Shown: positions 20,340 to 30,061 of the stretch, in pieces
Layout of the letters: every line of letters starts with the position of its first letter
Numbering within the stretch: position 1 is the first letter of the stretch
Source of the DNA: Candidatus Sigynarchaeum calidifontis
GTDB taxonomy: Archaea; Asgardarchaeota; Lokiarchaeia; Sigyniarchaeales; Sigyniarchaeaceae
Direction of reading: 5' to 3'
DNA: 41,101 bases
Assembly (NCBI GenBank): GCA_030587475.2
Contig: JAUQYZ020000111.1
Span: forward strand, 1 to 41,101
Position numbers and translations under genes: made by a program
The notes under the pieces: generated by a model
What the model was told of the DNA's origin: nothing
The model's database searches: none
The model's input: only the letters and a program-made list of their open reading frames with translations

Positions 20340-20803
20340 ATGGACAGTAGCGATAAGGTAAAACGGATTATCGAGCGGAACATTCTCAAGGGGAACGAAG
20401 CCGCTGAAAACGGGAAATGGGAACGTGCTGGATGGTCATACTACAAGGATCTTCTAATTCTCGATGCTTTCAAGCAAATGAATCCAGCATTGGTCTCGAT
20501 CGATGTTCACGATGAGTTGATGCAAAAGCTGGAGCGCGTGGAGGCCCAGCTATCTTGCAAGCGAGCAGAATCGAGCAAGAACGCCCAGAAAAATCTTGAT
20601 ACCTTGAAGGAAACGGTCTTCAAAGCACCTTGAAGGAAACGGTCTTCAAAGCAGAGAACGAGGAACGACAAGAGAACTGGAAGGCTGCCGCCAAGCTCTT
20701 TGGAAAGGCGGTCATGTTGTCTGAACGGTCGATGAAATTCATCGACGCCATGCGGTTTCGGATGAAATGCAGAGAATTATTGGAAAAAGCAAGAAAAAAA
20801 TAG
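20340..20803 (+). pseudogene. Two-repeat helical (MIT/TPR-like) protein frameshifted by a 26-bp tandem duplication
   Basis: As assembled, the frame stops at 20633. Removing one copy of ACCTTGAAGGAAACGGTCTTCAAAGC restores a 145-aa ORF ending ...TLKETVFKAENEERQENWKAAAKLFGKAVMLSERSMKFIDAMRFRMKCRELLEKARKK* (TAG 20801-20803). Confidence 0.75.
20601..20652. repeat. Perfect 26-bp tandem duplication (2 copies) with an internal inverted repeat TTGAAG...CTTCAA
   Basis: 20601-20626 is identical to 20627-20652. Confidence 0.95.
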
Positions 20804-20845
20804 GTGCAAGAAATCCATCGATCAACCACAAGGCTCCTTCGAGTG

Positions 20846-21253
20846 CTATGTTTTCAGCTCGCACGCGACCTTTGTACACGTGTCAACGCCGAGGGTGCGC
20901 GTGGCGATGATATCCGCACCCAGGCCAAGCACGTTCTGTACCACGACGGCACCGCATTTGAACGGGGCTTGCACCTCTATCCTCGCGAGCAAGTCAAGGA
21001 TGTCGTTGAGCCGATCCTTGGGCACGGGTACTGAAGATCGCACGGGGAGCAGCGGCAAGAACGCGCCCTTGATGCGGACGGTCGTCGCGAGCGTGCGCTT
21101 GGGGAGGATGAACTCGTCCGTCGCGTAGGTCTCGCCGCGCTTGCAGCCATGCCCTTCGATGAGCAGCTTGCCGTCCGGCATCTGCTTGACCGTGATCGAG
21201 CACGAGTTGGGGCAAATGATGCACGTGACTTCCTTTTTCGTGGCCGTGTTCAT
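20846..21253 (-). CDS. DUF1667-type small Cys-rich subunit of the GlpA-like oxidoreductase operon
   Basis: TCIICPNSC, GHGCKRG, PKRTLATTV, LLPVRS; ATGA overlap with the upstream gene. Confidence 0.85.
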   Translation of the reverse strand: MNTATKKEVTCIICPNSCSITVKQMPDGKLLIEGHGCKRGETYATDEFILPKRTLATTVRIKGAFLPLLPVRSSVPVPKDRLNDILDLLARIEVQAPFKCGAVVVQNVLGLGADIIATRTLGVDTCTKVACELKT

Positions 21254-22569
21254 TCGTTTTTCGCCTCCGGTGATTCCTTTGCCGGTTTTGGCTCGAGATA
21301 GACCTCGATCGGCTTTGTCTTGTCGATGCCCTTCAACACGTCCGTGGCGAGCTCGAAGATGACCATCTCGCTCGGGCGGAGATGCTTGTTGTATTTCTTG
21401 TATATCTCGTTAGCGCCGTTTCGGACTTTGATGTACATGTCTTTCTCAGGCTTTTTCACGCGTAATGAAACCTTCACGGGACCGATCTTGCTCGCGAGGG
21501 CTAGATCCACGTCGATGTTGATCTTGTTGGGAAGGACATAGCCGATGCCGTTCCCGGCAATCATGGGAACCGCGTCTGCCGAGTTGATCGATGGCAATTT
21601 CACGCCCGTCGCGTACATTGCTGCCATCACTCCCGCTCGCTTCGCTTCTATGGCCACGTTATCGACCAGGTCGTGCACTTGCAGGACATTGCCGCTGGCA
21701 AAGATGCCATCGACGTTCGTCTGCAAGAACTGGTTGACTTCCGGGCCGTTCGTCTTGGCCAGCTTGATGCCCGCTTTTTTCGATACCTCGTTCTCGGGGA
21801 TCAAGCCAACGGAAAGCAGTAACGTGTCGCAGTTGAAGAAGATCTCGGTCCCTGGCACCACCTTCCAGTTCTCGTCGACCTTGGCGATCGTGATGCCCGT
21901 GACACGATCCTTGCCATGTACCCGGACGACCGTGTGCGAGAGATACAAGGGAATGCCGTAGTCATCGAGGCATTGCACCTTGTTGCGGACAAGGCCGCTG
22001 GGGTATGGCATTATCTCCACCACGGCCTCGACCTTGGCTCCCTCCCACGTGAGGCGCCGTGCCATGATCATGCCGATGTCACCCGAGCCGAGGATGACGT
22101 ACCGCGTGCCGGGCATGAACCCCTCGATGTTGACGAACCGCTGGGCCGTCCCTGCCGTGTACACGCCCGTCGGGCGGTAGCCCGGGATCTTGATGGCGCC
22201 ACGCGTGCGCTCGCGGCAACCCATGGCGAGCACAATGGCCTTGGCCTGCACTTTCACGACACCTTGCTCGTTGATCGCGAAGATTTCCTTCTTCGGGGTC
22301 ATGTCGAGAACCATCGTGCCAAGCATGACTTGTATCTTGGTTTTTTCCAACATGTCGATGTATCGCTGGGCATATTCCGGCCCGGCGAGTTCCTCCTTGA
22401 ACTCGTGCAGCCCGAAGCCCGGGTGGATGCATTGCTGCAAGATGCCACCCAGCCCGTCGTCGCGCTCGATGATCATGACCCTGCATCCTGCCTTGTCGGC
22501 CTCGATCGCGGCGGCCAGGCCTGCTGGCCCTCCGCCGATGACCGCCACGTCGGTCTCTGTCTGCTTCAT
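21250..22569 (-). CDS. Pyridine nucleotide-disulfide (NAD(P)/FAD) oxidoreductase
   Basis: VIGGGPAGLAAA, GGILQQCIHPGFGL, LAMGCRER, ILGSGDIGMIMARR, GNVLQVHDLVD; ATGA overlaps on both sides. Confidence 0.9.
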   Translation of the reverse strand: MKQTETDVAVIGGGPAGLAAAIEADKAGCRVMIIERDDGLGGILQQCIHPGFGLHEFKEELAGPEYAQRYIDMLEKTKIQVMLGTMVLDMTPKKEIFAINEQGVVKVQAKAIVLAMGCRERTRGAIKIPGYRPTGVYTAGTAQRFVNIEGFMPGTRYVILGSGDIGMIMARRLTWEGAKVEAVVEIMPYPSGLVRNKVQCLDDYGIPLYLSHTVVRVHGKDRVTGITIAKVDENWKVVPGTEIFFNCDTLLLSVGLIPENEVSKKAGIKLAKTNGPEVNQFLQTNVDGIFASGNVLQVHDLVDNVAIEAKRAGVMAAMYATGVKLPSINSADAVPMIAGNGIGYVLPNKINIDVDLALASKIGPVKVSLRVKKPEKDMYIKVRNGANEIYKKYNKHLRPSEMVIFELATDVLKGIDKTKPIEVYLEPKPAKESPEAKNE

Positions 22570-24050
22570 GGCTGGACGACCTCCCCGTTGTGCCCGTGGG
22601 CAGTTTTCGGGTGCCTGAACCCCTTGGTCTCGCCGAAGAAATATTTCGTCGACGGTTCCCTCTTCACGATTTCCTCTTCATCAACGCCGAGCTCGCGGGC
22701 GAGGATCTTGATGACGCGCGGGGTGCAGAAACCGCCCTGGCACCTTCCCATGCCGACGCGCGTGCGGAACTTGACGCCATCGACCGTCCGTGCACCGACC
22801 GGGCGGCGAATGGCTTGCACGATCTCGCCCTCCGTCACGGTCTCGCATCGGCAGATGATATGACCGAATTGCTTGTTCCATTGCACGAGCGCGTCACGCT
22901 CGCTCCACGGGAGCTCGGCGAACACGATCGGTTTTTCGCGCGTCGGGTTGAAATGCTCCTTGAGCTTGAGTTCGATTCCAGATGCCTTGATAATGTCGAT
23001 GATCTCCTCGGCGATGCCGAGGCACGAGCTGAGCCCGGGCGACTGGATGCCCGCGGCATGGAACAGCCTGGGGGTAACCTTGGATTCGCCGATGATGAAG
23101 TCGTTGGTCGAAGAAACCGCCCGCAAGCCCGCGAAGTTCGTGATGCTGTCGACGAGCGGGATGCCCGGTATCAGCTTGCGGCCGCCTTCGATGACCTCCT
23201 CGAGGCCGTTCAAGGTGGTCGAGTTGTCTATCTTCGAGTCCTGGTCGCGGGCGTTGGGCCCGAGAAACACGTTCCCGTCGACCGTTGGCGAGACGAGTAT
23301 GCCCTTGGATTTTTTCGTGGGAACCGGGAACAAGACCTTCCGCACGAAATCCCCCATTTTATCGAGCAAGATGTATTCACCCTTGCGGGGCGTGATCGTG
23401 AATGACTCGTCGCCGGCCATCTTTGAAATTTCATCGGCATACAGTCCCGCCGCGTTGATGATCGCCTTGGCTTGGAAAGACTTGCCTTGCGTGTCGATGA
23501 TGAAAAACTTGCCCATGTTCTCGATAGCTTGGACAGGGGCATTGAAGACGAATTCCACGCCGTTGATGTTGGCATTCTCGGCGAGAGCGATCGCTAGCAT
23601 GAAGGGCGATATGACGCCGGCGGTCGGCGCGTGCAAGACCGCCTCGACCTCGTTCGAGATATTGGGCTCCATCTTCTTGATCTGGGCAAGATCCTTGATG
23701 ATCTCCACCGGGATGCCCCGCTGGATGCCGTTCTGGTAAAGCTCTTCGATGTACGCGGTTCCCTGGCCTGCCAATGCCACGACAAACGAACCGAGCCGCT
23801 TGAACGGGATGTAAAGTTCCTTGCAGACCTCGTCGTACAACGGGTTGCTCCTCACGTTCATCTTGGCTTTTAATGAGCCCTCGGGGGCGTCATACCCGGC
23901 ATGGATGATGCCAGAATTCGCTTTCGAGGTTTCACACGCGATGTCGGACAGCTTTTCGATGACGATGGCGGAAACCTTGTATTTTGACAGCTCCCGCGCG
24001 ATCGCCGTGCCCGTGACGCCCGCACCTATGATGGCAAAGTCGTAAAGCAT
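22566..24050 (-). CDS. FAD-dependent dehydrogenase with a C-terminal BFD-like [2Fe-2S] domain (GlpA/LhgO-like, probable glycerol-3-phosphate dehydrogenase)
   Basis: IIGAGVTG, TSKANSGIIHAGYD, INAAGLYAD, PRKGEY, AGIQSPGLS, ICRCETVT...GRCQGGFC. Confidence 0.88.
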   Translation of the reverse strand: MLYDFAIIGAGVTGTAIARELSKYKVSAIVIEKLSDIACETSKANSGIIHAGYDAPEGSLKAKMNVRSNPLYDEVCKELYIPFKRLGSFVVALAGQGTAYIEELYQNGIQRGIPVEIIKDLAQIKKMEPNISNEVEAVLHAPTAGVISPFMLAIALAENANINGVEFVFNAPVQAIENMGKFFIIDTQGKSFQAKAIINAAGLYADEISKMAGDESFTITPRKGEYILLDKMGDFVRKVLFPVPTKKSKGILVSPTVDGNVFLGPNARDQDSKIDNSTTLNGLEEVIEGGRKLIPGIPLVDSITNFAGLRAVSSTNDFIIGESKVTPRLFHAAGIQSPGLSSCLGIAEEIIDIIKASGIELKLKEHFNPTREKPIVFAELPWSERDALVQWNKQFGHIICRCETVTEGEIVQAIRRPVGARTVDGVKFRTRVGMGRCQGGFCTPRVIKILARELGVDEEEIVKREPSTKYFFGETKGFRHPKTAHGHNGEVVQP

Positions 24051-24269
24051 AGATGATCGATGAAGTAAAAGTCTTGATCGAAATAAGCTATTCCATTGCC
24101 AAGAGCAAGCACGGCTCCCTTTGAGTTGAATTGAGGCCGGGGTGGATGGAAAAGAACCTCGCGGTTAAGGAGGCAGAACACGAGAAGGTTTCTAGAATGC
24201 GACCTTGTCTTCGGGGAACGTGATATTCGATAAATTGACGAAAAAAAGCCGAGTGCGAGTATTTTACAC

Positions 24270-24584
24270 TTATTTGAGCAGCTCGATTTCCACCGTCACC
24301 GCATCTGGGATTTTGATGCGCATGATGGCACGCATCGTGCGGTCATCGGCATAAATGTCAACGAGGCGCTTGTGAATGCGCATCTCCCAATGTTCGTAGG
24401 TCGCGGATCCATTTCCGCACGGGGACTTCCGGATGCCGAGTTTCATGTGCTGCGTGGGGAGCGGGACAGGTCCCTTGATAGAAACACCGGTTTCTTTTGC
24501 AATGTCCCTGATCTTCTGGCAAACGCCGTCGATTTCCGATACTTCCAACGCCGTAAGGCGTATTCGAGCTTTTTGACTCGCCAT
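24270..24584 (-). CDS. rpsJ: 30S ribosomal protein uS10
   Basis: KARIRL, GPVPLPT, RKSPCGNGSATYEHWEMRIHKRLVDI (archaeal/eukaryotic-type uS10). Confidence 0.96.
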   Translation of the reverse strand: MASQKARIRLTALEVSEIDGVCQKIRDIAKETGVSIKGPVPLPTQHMKLGIRKSPCGNGSATYEHWEMRIHKRLVDIYADDRTMRAIMRIKIPDAVTVEIELLK

Positions 24585-24813
24585 GACACGAATAACCTAG
24601 TTCTGTTGATTCCGGGGAATTACACGCTGCTTGCCTTGGTGGTTAAAGTTCTAAAATGCTCCGTACTCATTTTAACCTTCTCACTGCAGCCCCTCCTAGC
24701 AAATCCCGTCGCACCACATGTCCAATTTCGGTCATGGTGCTGGTGATCACGTGCTTCCATGCAATAGACAAGGAAATCTAGATTAGGCATCATTTCGATT
24801 TTACACTTGCCTC

Positions 24814-26730
24814 ATGTTTCAAAATCCGCCCTTCTCGGCAAAGGAGCTCGCGCTCATCTCGGCGTCGCTTGATGCCGCGGGCTGGAAGCAGCGCAACGCG
24901 GCCGGCATCAAGCATCGATACTTCATTGGAAAGAAAGAGCGCGTCGTCAATCTAACGGTGGTTTACCCGATCGAGCCCAACGTGAAAATAAAGAAGGATT
25001 TCTACCTGTTTCGCTTTCGTTTCGGCCTCATCGCGTCGTTGGGCCTTATCAACGAGGATTTCATCAAGAAACTGTTCATGTACTGGGCTCAAAAGATGAA
25101 AGACATCGACGTGGTTTTCGAACAATTGCCCATCACTGAAAAGATCAAGGGCCTCGACACGAGTCCCGATATCAAGAATCGCGTGAAGGTCGAGTTCGTG
25201 GACAAGTTACCGGAAGCCGTGGAAGACAAGGACGAGAACATGTTCCATGAACGCTTGCGCCTCTTCTTGGCGACCCAGAAATTCACGATCGATTATGCAA
25301 CTTGCAAGAAAATCGCTGCCGCGCTCGTGGATCTTAAACTCGAACCCGTGAACCGGTATGACAACATCTTCGAGCTTCAAGATGGCGTCTCGGCAAGCTT
25401 TATCGACCGGTTGCTCGTGTTCAAGAATCCCGAGTACGATGAAATCGTGTTCTTGGAGCCTGGGTACTTGACGTACTACAGGGACGTCGAGGTGGAAAAC
25501 GTCCGCATGCGCATCCTCGTCGATTCCTACGCGATCGAGCCGATGATCACGCTCTGGAAGGTTGACATCGCCGAGCTCTTGAAAGATATCATCCGCAGCG
25601 CGCGAGCGGGGCTTGCAGCATGCATCAATGCCACGGGCATCGCTGAATTCACGAAAGTCTATTTCATCAAGAAGAATTTCGACATTTACATGAAAGCATA
25701 TCTAAAGCAGTTCGATCCCGTCAAGAATGCAGATGCAAAAGAGCTGGCATTCCCCGTTCCCAACACCTGGCACGAGATCTTGCACACCCCCAATCTAGTT
25801 CAACCGCCATGGAATCTCTTTACCAAGCCCCCCGAAACCTTCGAGGAGCTGCAGGCGCGCCGCGTGTACATGGAGAGCCAGCGGCAAGGCAAGCAAGGGA
25901 ACTTGTCGGAGACGGTGTCTGCCCTCTCGCAAACGCTTGCCACGTTCAACAAGGCGGGGCAGAAGTACGCGTTCTACCTCGTCATCGTGGAGCTCGCTCG
26001 CATAGCCGTGAAGGTCGGGAATCATCCTGAATGCAAGGCAAAATACGATCTCGCCATGGACTTCGCTATTAAAAGCGACGGGCTCGTGATGCCAGATGAA
26101 ATCATGAAATTACAAGAGGAATATGCAGAAGCTTGCGTGAAATTCGCGGATTACGACAACGCCGTGCGTCAATACACGCTTCTCTTCAATTATCTCGAGC
26201 GCGCTCGTCCCGAAACGGATTCCAAACGAATCGATGTCCTTCTCAAGCTCAACAAGATTTTCATCAACCGGAACGACTTTGCTTCCCTTGAATTCGAAAT
26301 ACAGAAATATTTCAAGCAGATCAAGGACTTTGCAGACAAGCACAAGGATAAATTCATCTTGGCAGCTTATTACCGGGTTCTGGGGCTCTATTACGAGAAA
26401 AAAGGCAAGTTTTCAGACGCGCTTGCTTGTTACAAGAGAGCAATGGAGGAGGCGGCTAACGCCGGGGCGATCGAGACCGAGCTCGAGGCGATCATCGAGC
26501 TCGGGAAGAATTACCTGTCGGGCAAGAAGAAAAACCTCGAAGCTGCCCAGAAGGTCCTCGAGCGAGGAAACACGATCGTCGGCAAGACCGATGACCTCGT
26601 GAAAGAGCTCAAGATCTACGAGATGCTCGAGGAATTGTACAATCAGATGAATAATTACCAGCTTGCCAGTCACTACAACAAGGAGTCCCAGCGGTTGCGA
26701 ATGGCCTTGAAATCACGGGGCATGCTCTGA
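24814..26730 (+). CDS. TPR-repeat protein with an unknown N-terminal domain
   Basis: C-terminal ~34-40-aa helical repeats (AYYRVLGLYYEKKGKFSDALACYKRA; IIELGKNY; YEMLEELYNQMNNYQLASHY). Confidence 0.8.
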   Translation: MFQNPPFSAKELALISASLDAAGWKQRNAAGIKHRYFIGKKERVVNLTVVYPIEPNVKIKKDFYLFRFRFGLIASLGLINEDFIKKLFMYWAQKMKDIDVVFEQLPITEKIKGLDTSPDIKNRVKVEFVDKLPEAVEDKDENMFHERLRLFLATQKFTIDYATCKKIAAALVDLKLEPVNRYDNIFELQDGVSASFIDRLLVFKNPEYDEIVFLEPGYLTYYRDVEVENVRMRILVDSYAIEPMITLWKVDIAELLKDIIRSARAGLAACINATGIAEFTKVYFIKKNFDIYMKAYLKQFDPVKNADAKELAFPVPNTWHEILHTPNLVQPPWNLFTKPPETFEELQARRVYMESQRQGKQGNLSETVSALSQTLATFNKAGQKYAFYLVIVELARIAVKVGNHPECKAKYDLAMDFAIKSDGLVMPDEIMKLQEEYAEACVKFADYDNAVRQYTLLFNYLERARPETDSKRIDVLLKLNKIFINRNDFASLEFEIQKYFKQIKDFADKHKDKFILAAYYRVLGLYYEKKGKFSDALACYKRAMEEAANAGAIETELEAIIELGKNYLSGKKKNLEAAQKVLERGNTIVGKTDDLVKELKIYEMLEELYNQMNNYQLASHYNKESQRLRMALKSRGML

Positions 26731-26924
26731 GCTGCGGTGCTGGTCGCACGAAAGGATCGATGATGCGGGCTAAATATTGCTAATATCGACGACATCCCGC
26801 AACGGAACCTTGTAACCGTCATTGTTCACGAAAGCGAGCAATGTGGATGATTTCTATAATGCGGAATTTAAGCAATGGACGACTCTTTTGAAATTAACTG
26901 AATCACATCTCGGCGAAGATCATC

Positions 26925-27437
26925 ATGGCCAAGGAGGATATCCACGTGATCATCACGGGTTCCCGGAATGCAGGTATAAGTTCATTTATCAACCAGAAAG
27001 CGGGTGATTACGAGACCCACGAGGAATCCGGGATAGGCATCGACATCCAGTCCACGTCGGTATACGTCAACAAGGAAGAATATAACATCATATTCTACGA
27101 GATAGCCAGCACGTTCCCGCTCGAATCGCTGAAGAAGATATTCCAGAAAAAAAACGTGGGCCTCGCTGTCATGTTCGACTTGAGCAACCCCGTCTCCCTC
27201 GAGTTTGCCGAGCTTATCTACAATCAAATAGCCGAGAAGATCGGCACCAGGATGCCGAAGACCAAGTTCCTTCTCGGTTCGCACCTGGATCTCCCGAGAG
27301 CCGTTCCCTCAGAGTCGATCGACGCGTTGATGGAAACGATGGGGGGCAAGACCTACTACCTGGAGTTTTCCGCGAAAACGGGAGAGCGACTCTACGAGAG
27401 CCTGGAACAGATTGCAATAAAGATTCTAGAGAAATAG
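26925..27437 (+). CDS. Ras/Rab-superfamily small GTPase-fold protein with degenerate nucleotide motifs
   Basis: 170 aa. G1-like IITGSRNAGISS, GIDI switch I, G3-like FYEIAS, VMFDLSNPVSLE, G4-like LGSHLD, intact G5 EFSAKTG. Confidence 0.8.
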   Translation: MAKEDIHVIITGSRNAGISSFINQKAGDYETHEESGIGIDIQSTSVYVNKEEYNIIFYEIASTFPLESLKKIFQKKNVGLAVMFDLSNPVSLEFAELIYNQIAEKIGTRMPKTKFLLGSHLDLPRAVPSESIDALMETMGGKTYYLEFSAKTGERLYESLEQIAIKILEK

Positions 27438-27456
27438 AAGAATATAGACATTCCCT

Positions 27457-28788
27457 TCAAGCATTCACTTTTTTCATGTGATCGATGCGTTTCTGCAGTA
27501 ATTCTTTACTGCCGATGTCCTTGCGATGGAAAAGGTTTCCGGAGACAAGCGCGGTGCCTTTTTCCGCGATCGCTTCCGCCTGCTCGATCGTGCCCGCGAT
27601 GCCGAGGATTCCGATCGTGCGCGACGAAGACGTCACGATGGTTCCATCGTCCTTTTGATTGACAGACGCGTAATATAATCTGGCGCCGATCTTTTTCAAG
27701 CCATCCTCGTCCACTATAATGGGACTATTAACTGCTGGCTTGTCCGGGTAACCGGCGGGCACGAGATACTTCACGACCGTCGCGGCATTCTTGAATTCTG
27801 CTTTCATCTTGTGAAGCGAGCCATCAACGATGGATTGGCACACGTTCGTGAAGCTGGTGGTCATAATAGGCAAGATGTTGATCGCTTCGGGATCGCCGAA
27901 CCGTGCATTGAACTCGACGAGCTTGACGCCTTTCTTGGTCTTCATGAATTGCCCGTAGAGAAAGCCCTTATAGGCCGTGCCGGTTTCTTGCTTGAGCGCG
28001 TCGATTGCCTTTTTCATGTTCGCGATCGAATATTCCACGTCTTCCCTCGTGATGAAAGGCAAGAGATGGTCTTGCATGGAATAGGACCCCATGCCGCCCG
28101 TGTTCGGGCCCTCATCATTCTCGTACGCCCTCTTGTGGTCTTGCACGAGCGGGGTTGGCAAGATGGTCTTGCCGTCCACGAAAGTCTGGAGGGTGAATTC
28201 CTCGCCGTCGAGGCGCTCCTCGATCACGACCCGGCCACCTTGATGGAATATTTCTTTGCAATACGCGAAGATTTCATCCTTGCTTTTCATGTGTTCACCG
28301 AAAACCTTGACACCCTTTCCTCCCGTGAGCCCGTCTGGCTTCACCACGACGTTCTCCATGCCCAGCTGGTCAACGAACGCGGGGATGCCATCCATGGTGG
28401 TGAACGTGGCGAACTCGATATTGATCGGGTTGTTGGATTTCTTCAAGAGCGTGCGGGTGAAGATTTTCGAGCCCTCGAGCTGGGCTGCATCGATGGCCGG
28501 GCCGACGCACGGGATACCCGCGCTGTCGAATGCGTTTGCGATACCAACGACGAGGGGTGCTTCCGGCCCGACGACGATGAAATCGCAACCCGAGGCAAAA
28601 GCGGTCGCGTGCTCGAAGTTCTCGAGATCGTCGATCCGGAAGTGCCCATTTGCAAGGCGGGCGATGCCCGGGTTTTTCTTGTTCATGAAGGCGCGCAATT
28701 CCGCGCCGCTGTTGACCAGCGCTTCGGCGATGGCATGCTCCCGGGCGCCGTTTCCGATTAACATTACCTTGACCATTTTTTCGTTCAC
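27457..28788 (-). CDS. purD: Phosphoribosylamine--glycine ligase
   Basis: IGNGAREHA, VVGPEAPL, AAQLEGSK, VVKPDGLTGGKGV, QDHKR...GPNTGGMG, EFNARFGDPE. Confidence 0.96.
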   Translation of the reverse strand: MNEKMVKVMLIGNGAREHAIAEALVNSGAELRAFMNKKNPGIARLANGHFRIDDLENFEHATAFASGCDFIVVGPEAPLVVGIANAFDSAGIPCVGPAIDAAQLEGSKIFTRTLLKKSNNPINIEFATFTTMDGIPAFVDQLGMENVVVKPDGLTGGKGVKVFGEHMKSKDEIFAYCKEIFHQGGRVVIEERLDGEEFTLQTFVDGKTILPTPLVQDHKRAYENDEGPNTGGMGSYSMQDHLLPFITREDVEYSIANMKKAIDALKQETGTAYKGFLYGQFMKTKKGVKLVEFNARFGDPEAINILPIMTTSFTNVCQSIVDGSLHKMKAEFKNAATVVKYLVPAGYPDKPAVNSPIIVDEDGLKKIGARLYYASVNQKDDGTIVTSSSRTIGILGIAGTIEQAEAIAEKGTALVSGNLFHRKDIGSKELLQKRIDHMKKVNA

Positions 28789-28846
28789 CAGATATATCCC
28801 GTTTTCGGGAGGATTAAATGACCGTTATTAGACCCGCGATAAGCAG

Positions 28847-29797
28847 CTAGTTCCCTGTATCCTTGCCTTCCTTGATGATGTCCAGCGACCGCTTCGCCGC
28901 GGAGTTGAAACGAAACCCCACGGACTTGAACTCGGGGACGACAGAGAAATATTCCCTGATAGCGATGAATTGCTTGATAAAACCATCGTAATCCTTGCGT
29001 TTCAAGATGTCGATGAGTTGTTCTGAGATTTTTTTGAATTCTGATAGCATGTCGATAAATATTTGGTTTTCGAGCTCGATCGTGGCGTAAATGAATGGCT
29101 CTTGCGTGACGACTTCTTGTGAAATCAAGTGCTGGAGATGAAAGGTGGTTCCCTCGAATTCCACGAGCTTTGATATGTCGGCGCCTTGATCCATCAACAA
29201 CTTCCCGAACAAGATGTTGAGCATGTGCGGGATACCGAGCGTGAACGCGATCATACGGTCGTGTTCCGTGGCTGTTGTTTCGATGATCGTGGGCTTGTCG
29301 GGCGTGATGATGTTCCGGAATTGACCAAGAACTTTTTTATCTCCTTCCAGGTCGATAAGGATGAAGTTCTTGTTCTTCATGCTCTCCGCGCCAGGGCCAT
29401 ACATAGGATGGGTGCTCAGGACATGGATGCCGTAATCCTTCTTGGCAGCAACCAGCAGCTCCGGGATCCGCCCCTTGACCGATGCGATATCGAAAAGCAC
29501 GGCATCCTTGCGCATCAAGGGCACGACCGCCTTTATCGCCTCCTCGTGCGCGGTGATGGGCACGGAGAGCATGACCCAAGTGGATCTCGGGATGCAGTCT
29601 TTCAATTCAGTCATGTAGGAAATATGGCCCTTGGCCTTGGTGTTACCTAGTTCTTGCTTTAAAGCATCGAGTTTTTCCTTGGAACGAGAGACGGCGTACA
29701 CGTGCCAACCGCGATCGGCAAAATATTGGGTGAACCATTTGCCCATTTGACCCGTGGCACCGATAATCGAGATATCCCGCGATTTTTTGTCTATCAT
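28847..29797 (-). CDS. tyrA: Prephenate dehydrogenase
   Basis: IIGATGQMGKWF, LSVPI, DIASVK, STHPMYGP, EHDRMIA, LGIPH. Confidence 0.88.
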   Translation of the reverse strand: MIDKKSRDISIIGATGQMGKWFTQYFADRGWHVYAVSRSKEKLDALKQELGNTKAKGHISYMTELKDCIPRSTWVMLSVPITAHEEAIKAVVPLMRKDAVLFDIASVKGRIPELLVAAKKDYGIHVLSTHPMYGPGAESMKNKNFILIDLEGDKKVLGQFRNIITPDKPTIIETTATEHDRMIAFTLGIPHMLNILFGKLLMDQGADISKLVEFEGTTFHLQHLISQEVVTQEPFIYATIELENQIFIDMLSEFKKISEQLIDILKRKDYDGFIKQFIAIREYFSVVPEFKSVGFRFNSAAKRSLDIIKEGKDTGN

Positions 29798-30061
29798 GGC
29801 GCTCGTTCCGCGATTTTTACTAATGTCTAGTTTTCATGGCATTAATCGTTTCGATAGTTTTCGGAATGGTGCGATCGTGCTATTGGAAACGGCGGTTCTG
29901 ATCAACAACCCCGATTCCAAGATCAAATTCTTTGCTTTTTTTCGCACGATGTGGACGCGTGGATACTTTTTAATACCAGCAGATGCAAAAAAGGATACAA
30001 GCCGTGTCTCTTCCATTATCACGTGATTATTCATAGAATTCAATTATAGGAGCGAATTAGT

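Noticed and set aside
20601-20652. Palindromic 26-bp repeat as a mini-CRISPR
   Set aside because: Only two abutting copies with no spacer, inside a coding frame, and no cas genes nearby.
24060-24265. tRNA-Ser downstream of rpsJ, as in many archaea
   Set aside because: No cloverleaf or T-loop consensus on either strand.
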